Source: Octopus sinensis (taxonomy: Eukaryota). From it: a stretch of DNA of 64,000 nt. How positions within the stretch are numbered: position 1 is the first letter of the stretch; each line of letters starts with the position of its first letter. The notes under the pieces were generated by a model that was not told the DNA's origin, did no database searches, and worked only from the letters and a program-made list of their open reading frames with translations. The DNA is taken from contig NC_043018.1 in the NCBI RefSeq assembly GCF_006345805.1, positions 25,110,001-25,174,000 on the forward strand, given 5' to 3'. The translations under genes and the position numbers were made by a program. Shown in pieces: positions 26,844 through 41,552 of the stretch.

Positions 26844-27715
26844 ATATATATATATATATACACACATATATATATATGTGTGTATGTGTGTGTACCTGTA
26901 CGTACATTTAAGCAGAAAAACATACATGTGTGTGTGTATGTGTATATATATATATATTATATATATATAGACTGACTCAGACTACTTTTTATGTCTCTCC
27001 TTTTCCCTTAAGTTATTTTCCTGTTATCTTAGAAGGGGGAGTAGGTTAAGCCAGTTTTGTGTTTATACTAGCTTTGTACACCCCCTCTAGTCAGTTCTCT
27101 GTCACATTACTATATGTAGGTACATACATACATCATACATACATACATACATACATGTATATGTGCAAATATATGTATATATATTGTTGTTATTATAATT
27201 ATAATTATGTTGACTTAAATTCTTTTAAAATGTATTTCATGGTTTGTCAACCACTCCAACAACAACAAGGCACAGCATAGGCACACCACCATCATCATCA
27301 CATTATCACCACATCAGTTTCCTCACCATCCTCATGGCCATTAGTCCAAGTCCCCTTCTTATCAGCAAGTACCATCAAGTTCCTTGGTTTTCCCCCCCCC
27401 CCCCCCCGCCTTCCCCCAACCGGTGCCATCCACACTAGGTCCCCCCCCCTGTTACTGCCAACCCCTTCTCATCATTATCATTAGTGCTATCAGTTCTTCT
27501 ATCTCTAAATCCATCATCAACCAAGCTCTCTGCTATATCACCATCACCCCCTCCTCATCAACAGCATCAAGTCCTCTGCTTTGCACATTGCATTGCCCTC
27601 ATTGCCTTCTACTTTTGCTATTAACTCAAAAGAGAAATTGTCTTGAGAAATATACACATGACTGAAGCTTTTTTTTTTGTTTTTTAGTCAATCCCTATAG
27701 TAATAAAGATCTTAA

Positions 27716-27936
27716 CCCTTTCGTTACTGTATTTATTTTCGGGTGCTCCGTGTTTCTTCCAATTATTTTAAATATAACAAAGAATTTAGTAAAATAACAT
27801 CGTTGTCATTAAGCTAGTGTAAGGAACATAAGTTGTGACTAAGGTTTGGTGGAAGATTTTAATTCAGAACTTTTGAAAACCAGACATTTGTACTAAAGAG
27901 CCAGAGCCAGTTTCAGCCGGGTTGGTAACGAAAGGG
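27716..27936. mobile_element. piggyBac-like MITE with TTAA TSD
   Basis: TTAA-CCCTTTCGTTAC...GTAACGAAAGGG-TTAA, 221 bp. Confidence 0.85.
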
Positions 27937-28401
27937 TTAACTGGCTGAAAGTGTTATCATGTACATGCTTTGTCTTGGTGTAAAAGATGAGTTACAGCAA
28001 ATATTCTGCTCGATGCCTCAGTTGCTTGACAATATTGCTTAGTAGCTGACATTATGTGTATCGCTTGTCACATGCAGAAGTAGTGGGGGCACATCGTAGC
28101 CATGTGTCGAGAGGAATTCTTTGGGGTTTGAATAAGTCACCTCTGGAAACATGGGTGTTTCATTCATCATCCTTAAACAATCCTTATTCAGGGACCTTTT
28201 GAGCAGGAAGGGCTATTCAACCTGAAGAGAATTCTAACTGGGCCCCACCTGCAAGGTCATGTACTGTTTATCTTGATATGGGATCACCATGTCATGCACC
28301 TACACTTGTGGGTAATCATGATGGGTATATTGGGCTTCGCATATTTGTACCCCACTGTCACTTTGGTGGCATGCGCTGCTCTCTCACTCAGTAATAATAA
28401 G

Positions 28402-28530
28402 CCGGTTACAATACTATTGATTGTAGGAGCACTTGGAATGATCAGAAAAGTAACTGAAAATTCTTTAAGAATGATCCCTGTTTTACCATCCATGCAAGAA
28501 GTGCAAAAGATTGTCTTAACTGGTACGTCA
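28402..28530 (+). mobile_element. C-terminal fragment of an R4/Dong-like (REL-endonuclease) non-LTR ORF
   Basis: PVTILLIVGALGMIRKVTENSLRMIPVLPSMQEVQKIVLTGTS matches the recalled P-x-IVGALG...QK-x-x-L-x-GT terminal motif. It sits between two copies of a LINE-like 3' UTR ending in (TAA)n (about 27941-28400 and 28531-28710). Confidence 0.7.
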
Positions 28531-30305
28531 TACTGTTTATCTTGATATGAGATCACTATGTCATGCACATTCGGTTGTGATGCATGTGCCTGATGTATTC
28601 TTATCAGATGGGTGAGCTTTGTATATTTGTATCTCGCTGTCACTTTGAAAACATGTGTTGCTTTCACACTCAATAATAATAATAATGATAATAATAATGA
28701 TAATGATAATTTCACTTTTTAGTACAATGCCAGCAACTTCAGGAGTTGGGGTAAGTCAATGACATCAACCATATATATATATATACAATGGGCTTCTTTC
28801 AGTTTCTGTCTACTAAATCCACTCACAAGGCTTTGGTTGGCCCAAGGCTATAGTAGAAGACACTTGCCCATGGTGTCACGCAGTGGGACTGAACCCTGAG
28901 ACTATGTGGTTGGTAAGCAAACTTCTTACCACACAGCCATGCCAGTTGTTTATTTATTTTAGTTATGTTTTAATCTATAAAGATCTAACCCTGATTGCCC
29001 CTTCCCCCTTTAATGTTCGTCGCCCCCCCCCCCTTCCCACTCTGCCCTTCTTTCATAATTTTAGTGTTTAAACCCTTGAAAAACCTGTTGATGATACTCT
29101 TTATTTCTTTCTCTCCCCTTTTAGCACCCCCCCCCATTTCTTATGGTGCTGTTGAAAAGAGGTGTAAGAGAAGGAATCTTTGTGTGTGTGTGGAAATGTG
29201 ATACCAGTCTGTGTGTACACAGCAATTAATAACTGTAACAGATAAGAGCTGTAAGAGACATCTGATAAGGGGTTTTAATCATTCAGGCAGGTTTAAAATA
29301 AAACTCAACAGTATGGATTTTTAGTGGGGGTTTTTATCATCAGCAACAATATGCACCATATATCACACACATGCATGCACACACACACACACACATACAT
29401 ACATACATACATACATACACAGTGTATGTGTATGTTTATCACACATTTTTGCAGCTAATTACAGGGTTTGTTCATGGACATGCATAATAAATCTGTTGTT
29501 TATTTTAATAACAGAATAACTGGTGGTGTTGGTGGAGGTGGTACAATACTAATGATCATGATGATGGTCATAATATTAAATGATTCCAAGGCAGTGAGCT
29601 GGCAGAAACGTTAGCACGCCAGGTGAAATACTTGGCAGTATTTCATCTGTCTTTACATAGTGAGTTCAAATTCCACCAAGGTCGACTTCGCCTTTCATCC
29701 ATTTGAGGTTGATAAATTAAGTACCAGTTGCATACTGGGGGTCGATCTAATCGACTGGCCTCCTCGCCAAAAATTTAATGCCTCGTGTTCTGAGTTCGAA
29801 TTCCGCTGAGGTTGATTTTGCCTTTCATCCTTTCAGGGTCAATAAGATAAGTACCAGTTGACTACTGGGGTCGATGCAATCCACTAGTCCTCTCCCTCCA
29901 AATTTCAGGTCTTGTGCTTGTAATAGAAAGGATTATTATTATCATCGTAATTTGCCAAGTGAGAGAGAAAGGCTAACATAAAGGAAATCTTACAAATTGC
30001 TTTGTGCTACAGAAATGGTTCTGTTTGCTTTCCAAATCCATTGTTATAAAGATCTTAAAAGACAATGTCTCAGCCTCACACTTCACCTCATTTTTGACTG
30101 GACATGTTTTTCTAATAGTTATTTCTTTACAGACAACACAGAATAGACCTTGGCATCAGTGACACAGTCTCTGTGATACAATATTCATTGTCTATTGTTG
30201 GTTAATTGATAAAATTATATATATCTGTGTGTGTGTGTATATACATATGTATATATCTTTATATATGTGTATGTGTATATATGTATATGTGTGTGTATAT
30301 ATCTT

Positions 30306-30347
<42 letters not shown>

Positions 30348-30432
30348 GTGTGTGTGTGTCTGATTCTGCAAGTGTTTGTGTGTGAGTATATATATTATAT
30401 ATATATATATATATAATATATATATAATATAT

Positions 30433-30463
<31 letters not shown>

Positions 30464-31277
30464 ATTATATATATATATATATGGATGTATGTATGTAATT
30501 GTGCTTGTATGTATATGTTATTGATAATGTGAATGTACCCCTGTGTGTGTGTGGGTTTGGATTGGGTGGGGGAAGGGGAAGGAACAGTGTTCTGCCATTC
30601 ACAGCAGTATGTATTTGCCTACTTACAATACAATAAAAGACACCGTTTGTTTATACTAGTGCAACCATTAAACGAAACTGTCTTCTTCAGAACACTTTGC
30701 CAATCTTGTGGTCCACGATCCCCCATGATGGTAAACAATGGCTTTTGAATCCAGTCTTATTAATTTAAACATTCGCATTTGACTTCCTCCACCCCTCCCT
30801 ATCCACATACACATTCTTTTACAGATCTCAGTTATTGTCTGTGCCAAACTGCTTCCAATATGTTTTTAGTTAATTAGATCAACCTCCAGGGCTTAATTCA
30901 ATGCATGTGTGTGTGTGTGGACACCAGCCCTCTGGAATACCTTCTTTGCAGGTCTCAGCTTATAATGGTTCAAGAGGAACATTATTGGCACCAGTTTCAT
31001 TGGTATGAGAGGTACTGTGAAGGGCAAGAGTTACAACTATTACCTCCAGACTTGGCAAGTAAATGTGTGTGTGTGTGAGTCTTCTATGTTTCCATCTACC
31101 AAATTCCACTCAAATGATATTTATTGGTCAACCTGAAGGCACTTGCTGTACCATGCAATGAGCTGGAACTCAAAACTGCACGATTGCAAAGCAAAATTTC
31201 TTGAGCACAGTTGGGTTGGGGTAAGACTGCACACACAGATATATTTAAAGTATATGTGTACATTTACTTTAACATAT

Positions 31278-31658
31278 AGGCGCAGGAGCGGCTGTGTGGT
31301 AAGAAGCTTGCTTACCAACCACGTGGTTCAAGTTTCAGTCCTACTGTGTTGTACTATGGTCAAGTGTCTTCTACTATAGCCTCGGGTCAACCAAAGCCTT
31401 GTGAGTGGATTTGGTAGATGGAAACTCAAAGAAGCCTGTCGTGTATATATGTGTGTGTGTCTATGTTTGTCCCCCCAACATCGCTTGACATCCGATGTTG
31501 GTGTGCTTTCATCCCTGTAACTTAGTGGTTCGGCAAAAAAAAAAACCCAATAGAATAATTACTAGGCTTGCAAAGAATAAGTCCTGGGGTCAATTTGCTC
31601 GACTAAAGGCGGTGCTCCAGCATGGCCACAGTCAAATGACTGAAACAAATAAAAGAAT
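31278..31658 (+). mobile_element. SINE family A, full-length copy
   Basis: Same head, core, linker and tail as 26491-26843. Confidence 0.85.
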
Positions 31659-33085
31659 ATATGAGAAAAACTGCCCATCATCCTATGTCAGGATGCATAT
31701 GTGATGTAAAACTATTGATGGTTATAGATATATTGCCATCATCATTTCATCATCATGTCCCCTTTTCTGTTTTTGCAATGGTCAAACGAAATTCATTGAA
31801 ACAGATTGTTTTTACGGCCAGATGCTCTTTCTGTTGCCAACCCTCACTTATTCCCAAGCAAGGTAATATTTTTCCTCTCATTATCATCCTTCAAATATGG
31901 TTGATCAACCAATACCAGACAGCCTGGATTCACACTGTAATTAACTTCCACAGCAAACCCTGGTGGTTGGTTTCATTGTACCATTCATCCTTCTGATCGC
32001 TGAATGCAAAAATGTAGTTCGCGGGACCTCTGTTCCAGTGATTTGTCCCTGGGTAGTCCTCTCACCCTTGTAACTTCCTTTCATTCAGTTAAGCCTCCTA
32101 CATACAAGTAACCATCTCCTTTTCTTCCCTTGCACAATATCGGATGGCCGTTGACTCCCCTGATTTCTTCCACTCTTTTCCTTCCAACACCAGACATGTT
32201 TTCATGGAAGAGTGCAAACAAATGAGCCTGCTTGCACAACATTTACATCTGTTTACAATTAGCATGTGATGTCAAAATGATAAAGGCATACATTTACAAT
32301 CATCAGTGTGGATATCATCATCATTATCATCACCCTCGTCATTTAACTTTCCTTTACTCCTGCTGGCATGAGATGGCTAGTTCAACACAAATTGATGGGC
32401 CAGAAGGATGGGCCAAGTTCCAATGTCTGCTTAGTATAGTTCCTACAGCCAGATGTAGAACGTTCTTGTGTTCTACCTTATAACCCAGTTTTTCATGTAG
32501 ATTACTAGCAAACTACAACTACCAAAATATATTCATCATCATCATCATCGTTTAGCGTCCAACTGGGGTCTGGGAAGCCAGAAGGCTGCACCAGGCCCAG
32601 TCTGATCTAGCAATGTTTCTACGACTGGATGCCCTTCCTAATGCCAACCATTCCATGAGTATAGTGGGTGCTTTTTACGTGCCAGACAAGGCTGGCAAAC
32701 GGCCACGATTGGATGGTGCTTATTACGTGCCACCTAATAGAAAAAAGCAAAATGGAGATTAAACAATAAGGTAACTTTTGACAAGTTACCTGACAAGAGA
32801 CATCTGCACCTTTGATGCACCACAACTGTTTGTACAGCATCTCACCTGCCAGGTAACGGTGCACAATGAGTTGAAGCAATTGTAGTGAATAATAAAGACC
32901 CTCGTAAATTCCATTTTCTTTCTTTCATATTTTATAAACCCTCCAGACACAAAGGAATTCCTGAACTAAATCCAGTGGCATTTACATCCATGCTGTTGAC
33001 ATCAGCTAGTTGAATACAATGAATGGGCTTTAAATGCCACGCTACAAAGTGGATACCCAAATTTAAAATATAGTATATATAAATG

Positions 33086-33122
<37 letters not shown>

Positions 33123-33438
33123 GTATATATATATATGTATATGTATATATGTATATATATATATGTATATGTGTATATGTATATATATATGTATATATAT
33201 ATGTATATATATATATGTATATATATATATGCATGTATATGTTCATATGTATATATATATCTGCATGTATATGTTCATATGTATATATATATATGTATGT
33301 ATATGTGTGTATATGTATATATATACATATGTTATATATATACATATATATATATGTGTGTGATATATATATGTATATATATGTATATATATATGTGTAT
33401 ATATATGTATATATTATATATAATATATATATATATTA

Positions 33439-33492
<54 letters not shown>

Positions 33493-34142
33493 ATATATAC
33501 ACACACACATACTCTGTTTCTTCTCCGTTTTTGCCTACCAAATTCATTTAGATGGTTTCTGTCAGCCTCAGGCTATAATGGAGGTAAAAGACACTTGCCC
33601 AAGGTACCATGCAGTGGGACTAAATGCAAAACCCTGCATGTGTTTGTAAAATGAACTTCTTCACCCCCTGGCCATGCTTGTATTCGTTTATTACCATGCC
33701 TGAGCTTTCTGTTCCATTAATGTCAAATAACTACTACCATGCGGCGGCCACCACCACCACCATCACTTAGCTGGGTTGGTTTAAAAAATTTTTTTTTTTT
33801 TTTAATTAATGATGACCTGTAAATGATGCAAATATTTGCCTTGATAAAAGATAGGGAAACTTGGCCTAAACTCTTGTGTACATTCACAGACACACACACA
33901 CACACACCACACACACACACACTCTACTGCCACTGCACAGTCCCCACCCACCCTCTCCATCATTCCATCACTCCTCCCTCCATCCTTCCCTCCTGAAATT
34001 CTGTTGTTGTATTCATTTGGTCCTTGTTTAATGCTACTGTCTTAAGTATTTTAATTAGGCATCATTGTTAATTTTCTTTGCAAAATATTTCTTCTCTTTC
34101 CCTCCTATTTCTGTCCATCATCTCTCCCTTGTGTTCTCTCTC

Positions 34143-34179
<37 letters not shown>

Positions 34180-34366
34180 GGGAATGTGTATTATAATGTA
34201 TGTAATCTTATAAACACACACACACGTGTATATGTAAATATACATGTGTTTATATGCATATAAATGCTTACTCATAAATGTATGTAGATGCATGCGGGTG
34301 CATTTGCATATGTGTGTATGTATATGCACTACATCTGTACATGCATGTATGCATGTGGTGTATATA

Positions 34367-34410
<44 letters not shown>

Positions 34411-34965
34411 GCAATACACACATTGCTTCTGTGACAGTTATGTAGCTTGGGTGGTGTTAGGGGTGCCCGTGTCCCACCTGTCTCTATTTGTTTTCATTGT
34501 CTTACACTAACTTATATTTCACCTCCAGCCAAGTACACACCAACAACAAACACAGGTGAAAGAGTGTGTGTGTGTCTGCATATATATATATACATATACA
34601 GCGGCTACCTTTTCTCTTATTAGTCATCTAAATTCTCTTCTATTCTTGCCTTTTGTGAAATGTTTATAACTTTGCTCCTTTTGTGTCTTTGTGTGCCTCC
34701 ATATTTATCTTTGCGTGTATATGCATTATATTCGTTGTTGCGTATTTCTCATTGTGTGTGTCTGCATGCGTGTTTGTTTTAAACCCAGTTTCATAAATGC
34801 CAGTGCATAAATCTTTCGCCTCTTGAGTCACTTTGTAACTTACACCAATGAATAATAAAAATAAAAGTTTTTTTTTTTTTTTTTGTGTTTTTTAGGTATT
34901 TCTCAGTATTTGTTTTTATGTTCAGTTACATTAAAATCACTCATGGATCCCTCTGGTGTGCCGGT

Positions 34966-35267
34966 TGTTTTTTGTTTGTTCCTTCTCGAGCCATGCCTGG
35001 CTCATAAGGGCTGGTTTCTTGGCGTATAGGTTCCCCACCTGGATGGGACGCCAGTCCATCGCAGGTGAGCTGCAAGATGCAGGAGGAAAGAGTGAGAGAA
35101 AGTTGTGGCGAAAGAGTCAGCAGAAGTTTCGCCATTACCTTCTGCCGGAGCTGCGTGGAGCTTGGGTGTCTCACTCATAAACACACACATCGTCCAGTCT
35201 GAGATTCGAACCTACAATCCCTCGACCGTGAGTCCGCTGCTCTAACCACTAGGCCATGCGCCTCCAC
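34966..35267 (-). mobile_element. tRNA-derived SINE family C with 13-bp target-site duplication
   Basis: Box A TGGCCTAGTGG (rc 35246-56) and box B GGTTCGAATCT (rc 35202-12). TSD CTGGTGTGCCGGT at 34953-34965 and 35268-35280. Confidence 0.88.
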
Positions 35268-36507
35268 CTGGTGTGCCGGTGGCACGTAAAAAGGATCTAG
35301 CACACTTTTAAAGTGGTTGACATTAGAAAGGGCATCCAGCTGTAGAAATCATGCCACAGCAGACAGTTGTAGTCTGGACAGTGCCCTGCTAACTAGCTCC
35401 ATGTCAAACCGTCCAACCCGTGCCAGCATGGAATGCAAACATTTAACAATGATGATGGTGGTATGCTATAATTTTGTAGAGTGCAAATTTATTATTCTTA
35501 AACAAGAATATTGTTGACAGTGACCTCAAAGTTCTGGCCAACTAAGCCATTGTTGGACTGCAATGCAGTAGAATTAGTCTTAGACATAACAGAGACTATA
35601 CAAAGACAAGTAACTTTTCTGCTGAGGTCGACTTTGCCTTTCATCCTTTCGGGGTTGATAAATTAAGTACCAGCTGCGTACTGAGGTTGATCTAATTTCC
35701 ATGTCTTTGTATGTCTTTCATACCACCTTTCTTGCATGAAAGCCAGTTAGAAATCACTTTTACATTTCTATGTTATATTTGTGTGCATTTTACAATTATG
35801 AATATGTGATATACAAACCCCATTTTCCATAAAACGAATGTTGTTTTACTTTACTGCGTATGTTATGTATGTCTTTGTATGTATAATATTCGTGCTTTTG
35901 TATGTGTGTAAATCTAAATATTTTTCTACAAATATTTCTGTTTTATATTTTTTGCAGGGATTCCCTGTTTCATGTGATACCATATAATGCAACAAACAAC
36001 TTTGTGGTGCAGTATGTAGGAATGCCGTAATCTTCACCTGCGGATACCAAAAAAAGCAACCCCCAACCTCCAAAAGGATATACAAACATATATATATATA
36101 TATGTATAGCACGTGTGTATGTATGAATGCATATATATATATGTATATGTATAATACATACCTAACATAACAAGCGGTTTTTCTACTGCTGTATCACCGC
36201 CGCCAGGGACACCACCATTGGATTAAGAGTTGAAGGGTGGTTGTTATATTGCAGACAATGTGAAGGAAGGGGGAGACGTCTTACCAAGAAAAATTATTAA
36301 AAAAAAAAAACCGTTTGACTGACAATATTCAGTCATGGTAAACTGGAAGAGCCAACTAGTCTTTGTACTCTTAATTGTACTTCTTTTCCAAGTTTCAAGA
36401 TCTGAAAACGAAGGAGGTGAGTAGAAATGCACACATACACGCATATGAATGCACATGCACAACTGTTCACCTTGCTAACTTGGGTTTGTGTCTACCTGTA
36501 TCTTAAC

Positions 36508-36551
<44 letters not shown>

Positions 36552-36632
36552 TATCTATCTACCTTACTTATTACATCCTAATACTCCTGTCTCTTCCTAC
36601 CACACACTGACAAACACATTTCTACTCTCTCT

Positions 36633-36700
<68 letters not shown>

Positions 36701-38186
36701 ATATTATATATATATATATGTATGTATATATATATGTGTGTGTGTGTGTGTGTAGGTATAATATATATATATATATATATAGACACACACCACACATACA
36801 TACTCACATAATGTGCACACACTTACATACCTTCCTCTTTTTCTCACCTATCCACCTTACAACAAACCAAAATGTTCTTTAACTCCTACCACTCACACAC
36901 ACACACACACACATGCATTCACGCACACCTGTATGTCTACCTGTTTCCCAGAAGGAATTTCTTAATGCCCCTTTCACCTGCAATTATATTCGAGAAACAA
37001 AACAAGAATTTTTTTATTATCCTTATCATTACTACTACTACTACTATTGTTACTATTATTTCTTTTTATCTCATAAACATCTATCCACTACCCCCCCCCC
37101 TCTGATCTCTATCTAATTTATATCCTTCTGTCTCGTTTTTTTTTTTTTTAATAAAAGCTCCTATTAGATAAAAAACAATATTCTTTCTTACGCACCCCAC
37201 ACACCTCCACCACCACTACACCCGTTTCGTTGCATGTTTATTCCCCCCCCCACCTCCATCGAAAAACAACAGTTATTTGAGTCCTTCATCGCTCATTTAA
37301 ATATATAATTTTATTTGTATTTTAAGACTTTTTTATTATGTTTTTATTGCACATGTACGGGGGTGGGGTTTCTTCCTTTATCCCATCACTCCCCACTTCC
37401 AATATTATTCGAGCTGTGTGGTGTTGATAATACATTTGAATCTTAAGTTGGGACTATATCATATGTCTTTGATGATATGAGACGTTCAGGCACAGCTCTT
37501 CCGGTGTCACCTATCTGGCGTTGCTGAAATATGTGTGTGTGTGTGTGTCTCTCTCTCTTTCTCTGTGATCTTCTAGTTATGTTTGTATATACATGTAAAG
37601 TCTCTTTCTCCATCCCCCCTCTCTTTCTCTCTCTCTCTGTCCCTATACAACTTAGATTGGTTTCGGCCATTGGCCCAGGCCATGACTAACTCAATAGCAC
37701 CACCTGGAAATATATATATATATCAGAAAACAAAACGATGAAACAAAAACATAATAGGCGACAACACAACATTTGGACAGTTAGACGATACAAAAAAGGA
37801 CAGGAAAAAAGAAGGACGGGTCATTCAGAGCTTCCTATCCTCAGTCGAGTACCAGATTATCTTAGCAGTTTCGGCCGCTTACACTCGAAACTGCTCCAAT
37901 CTGGCCGGCCCCAAGAAAATCTAAGCTAAGAGCACTAGATTCCTTGGAAGAAAGCAAATGAATGCATACGAAAACAAGGACGAAAAATAAAACGGAGAAA
38001 TGTTACACAAATACAAATACAAACAACAGGACATTTACAATAGGTGTCTTTCGACTAAGGACGGATTAAATTAAGCTGGCGTGTGTGGAAGTGAAGCCTT
38101 ATGGCAGGGACATAAGAGATGAAAGTCATGGGGAGGAATATAAGAGATGCTACACAGATGGTAGTCGAACCAAGAAATATATCCCT

Positions 38187-38248
<62 letters not shown>

Positions 38249-38746
38249 TTGTGAGCTTCTAATGCTTGTATGTACATGTACCCTGTCTTTCTCTCCCTCT
38301 CAATCTGTATCTGTCTATTGCTGTGTTTGTGTGTGTGCGTATGTGTTTGCTTCCAGCGTTCAAACAGTTCCTGCATCCAATCATCTTATTTCATTTCTTT
38401 GAAATGGTTAGGGTTGGAATTTGCATAAGTTTGTGTGTGAATGTGTAAGGGGCCTTTTTTTTCAATTGCAGCAATCACTGGTTCACTGTTGAACTCGTCA
38501 TTGGTTCGTTACCTGATCGATGAGTGCTTTCCTTCTTTTGAACAGGAACTACAGTTTCAAATATACAATCCATTACATGGTCAAAACCTCAAGACTTTAT
38601 GCATATTTAGAGCATCCAGAAAATAGTACTACACGCGTGTGCACATACACGCACACTTACTACATAAAGAAACTTTGGCATATACAGTAGGAGTGGGGAG
38701 TACACATATCAGCAATCGGTTATGCAGTGAAAGCATACAATAGCAA

Positions 38747-39110
38747 AGGCACAGGAGTGGCTGTGTGGTAAGTAGCTTGCTTACCAACCACATGGTTCCG
38801 GGTTCATTCCCACTGCGTGGCACCTTGGGCGAGTGTCTTCTACTATAGCCTTGAGCCGACCAAAGCTTTGTGAATGGATTTGTTAGATGGAAACTGAAAG
38901 AAGCCCGTCGTATATATGTGTATATATATATGTATGTGTATGTTTGTGTGTCGTGTTTGTCCCCCAACATCGCTTGACAACCAATGCTGGAGTGTTTACG
39001 CCCCCGTAACTTAGCGGTTCGGCAAAAGAGACCGATAGAATAAGTACTAGGCTTCCTAAGAATAAGTACTAGGCTTCCTAAGAATAAGTCCTGAGGTCCA
39101 TTTGCTCGAC
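38747..39110 (+). mobile_element. SINE family A, full-length copy
   Basis: AGGCACAGGAGTGGCTGTGTGGTAAG head, box B GGTTCATTCCC, internal microsatellite, and an internal 22-bp tandem duplication (aataagtactaggcttcctaag x2). Confidence 0.85.
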
Positions 39111-39151
39111 CTGTGACTATAAGTAGAATCCTTTCTACTTATAGTCACAGG
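39110..39151. repeat. Perfect 19-bp-arm hairpin at a SINE-A/SINE-B junction
   Basis: CCTGTGACTATAAGTAGAA-tcct-TTCTACTTATAGTCACAGG. Confidence 0.9.
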
Positions 39152-39384
39152 GCCTGGAATTGTGGGGGAGGCGTAAGTTTATCACATCGACCTCAGTACT
39201 CAACTGGTACTTAATTCATATCGACTCCGAAGGATGAAAGGCAAAGTCGACCTCGGCGGAATTTGAACTCAGAACGTAGCGAAGGACGAAATGCCGTTAA
39301 GCATTTCGTCCAACATGCTAACGATTCTGCCAGCTCGCCACCTTAATAATAATAATAATAATAATAATAATGATAGTGGTAGTG

Positions 39385-39438
<54 letters not shown>

Positions 39439-40155
39439 ATTATTATTATTATTAGAAATCCAGCTGGTTACGCATCCTCCCAACATGAGAAACAGCATCT
39501 TTATGAGAACATGTCAACCTACATTCTTGAGATTTACCATTTACTACTTTACTCCACACACCATTTCCGCCTTGTTGCTCCCCACCCGGTTCCCACCCGA
39601 ACTCCGCACCCCCATCCTCAGAAACCATACATATAACAACATCCACCCACAAATTTCTTTTTGGATAACCTAAACACCAGCTTCATATGTCACTTCCCCT
39701 CATATGTTTTTCCAAAGTCCTTCCTGCTTCACACACTTAAGGCTGATAAAGCTCATTATAAATGATCGAGGCGACGGCGCTGGTGATTGATGATGGTGGG
39801 ATCGGTGAATATGTTGATGGTGACGATGATGGCGGTGGCAGTGGTTGTTATGGTGTGGTGGTGATGGTGTAGGAGGCAGCAGGCGGTGTTGGTGATATTG
39901 ATGACGGTAGTGATGGTTATGGTGGGAAAGGCTTTGTCTGTGGTAGTGGTGGAGGTAATGATAATGCCAGTGGCGGTGGGTGATGCTGGTCGGTATTGAT
40001 GATGTGCAGGTGCGGCTGTGTGGTAAGAAGTTTGCTTTTCAACCACATGGTTTCGGGTTCAGTCCTACAGCGTTGCACTTTGGCCAAGATTGTTCTACTA
40101 TTGCCCCCAGGCCGACCGAAGCTTCGTGAGTGGATTTGGTAGAGAGAAACTAAAG

Positions 40156-40375
40156 AAGGCGGCGAGCTGGCAAAAATGTTAGCGCGCCGGGCGAAATGCG
40201 TAGCGGTATTTCGTCTGCCGTTACGTTCTGAGTTCAAATTCCGCCGAGGTCGACGTTGCCCTTCATCCGTTCGGGATCGATAAATTAACTACCAGTTGAA
40301 CACTGGGATCGAGGTAATCGACTAGTCCCCTTCCCCAAAATTTCTGGCTTTGTGCCAAACTTTGAAACCAATATT
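40156..40375 (+). mobile_element. SINE family B copy
   Basis: Same head and central domain as 44728, with the alternative 3' end (..TTGTGCCAAACTTTGAAACC). Confidence 0.8.
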
Positions 40376-41552
40376 AAGTATCATGGTCGCTTGGTGGTGC
40401 TAAATCCAAGGAGCTAATCAAAGTACCCGCCCATGCAGTTTTGTTATCATAATATAAACATTAACAAGTCCTCCATTTTCTCTCTCCATGACACCATGAA
40501 GCCCCCCCCCTCCTTCCATTTATATTTAAAGGGGGAGCAGGTTTGGTTTCATTTGGTGCCAAAAACCTTCCCTTTGTGACAAGGTCCCATAAATTAGTGA
40601 AGGGCTTTTGATTGATGGTTTACTTACTAAAATTACCCAACACCTCAATGTTTATGTTCCCAGCTAGTACTGACCTCTATCTTAAAGCGGAGTGCGGTTC
40701 TGTCATCCGTCACGTCTGTAACCTGATTTATTTTTGTTGTTTTGTCTCTTATCTTTTGCTCTTGTGGCAAAAAAAAACCTTATTTCTTTTTATTTCGTCC
40801 TTGTATTGCCCTCAATACCTTGGGCCCTTATGGCCAATAAAGGATTTATCACCATTATTATTATTGGCCATAAGGGGACGAACTTAGCAGAATTGTTAGC
40901 ACACCGGACAAAATGCTTAACGGCATTTCGTCCGTCTTTGTGTCCTGGGTAGTATCCAACGTAAAGTGTACATAATTATCATTAGCCTCACCATCATCAT
41001 CATCATCATAACTACAAACGCCATCATACTCACCACCACCGTCATCACCACCATCACGCTCCAATAATCCAGGCCTTGAGAAAACCGCCGGACATCTAAC
41101 CGGCACCTTTTAACTAGAAATCCACCCACCCACACACACACACACACTGAACCTAAGTAATGAAGGAGAGGGTGTCACGTGAAGAAGAGTGATAATAGGG
41201 GTTAGGCTGAAAGAAAAGGGTGGCAAAGGATGGCTGCGTTGGTGGTGGTGGTGATGGTGTGACAGTGTACCTACCCCTTTCATCTACACCTGAAACTACA
41301 GCTCTGACTCATTCATTTATTAAGTAGGAAGTACAGAAGGAGGGGGAAAAGAACACACTGAATCCACCTCTAATGACACCCCACCCTGAAATAGAAGAGA
41401 GAGAGTCGGGGTAACCATAGATTGTGAGGTAGGTAGAAGTGGTTAGGGTAATATTCTGAGTGTGGTGGCAAGTATGATATAGACTGTGGCCCACGGGACT
41501 TTGAATGGCACGTCTAACGAAAAACTAACCTTGGATTTGTTTAGTGGTGCGT

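Noticed and set aside
35202-35267. tRNA genes at the box A/box B motifs
   Set aside because: The motifs are heads of multi-copy SINEs and continue into SINE body sequence, with no complete cloverleaf or terminator.
35958-36017. Plus-strand exon after ttttttgcAG (DSLFHVIPYNATNNFVVQY)
   Set aside because: The acceptor is good, but the donor is weak, a stop follows shortly and there is no recognisable homology.
37845-37905. Type II hammerhead reading (GAAA..CTGAGGA on minus), and a similar one at 62335-62380
   Set aside because: Stem I and stem II do not pair at the junction positions. Only a simple hairpin (CCAGATT..AGCAGTTTCG/CGAAACTGCT..AATCTGG) is supported at 37850-37905.
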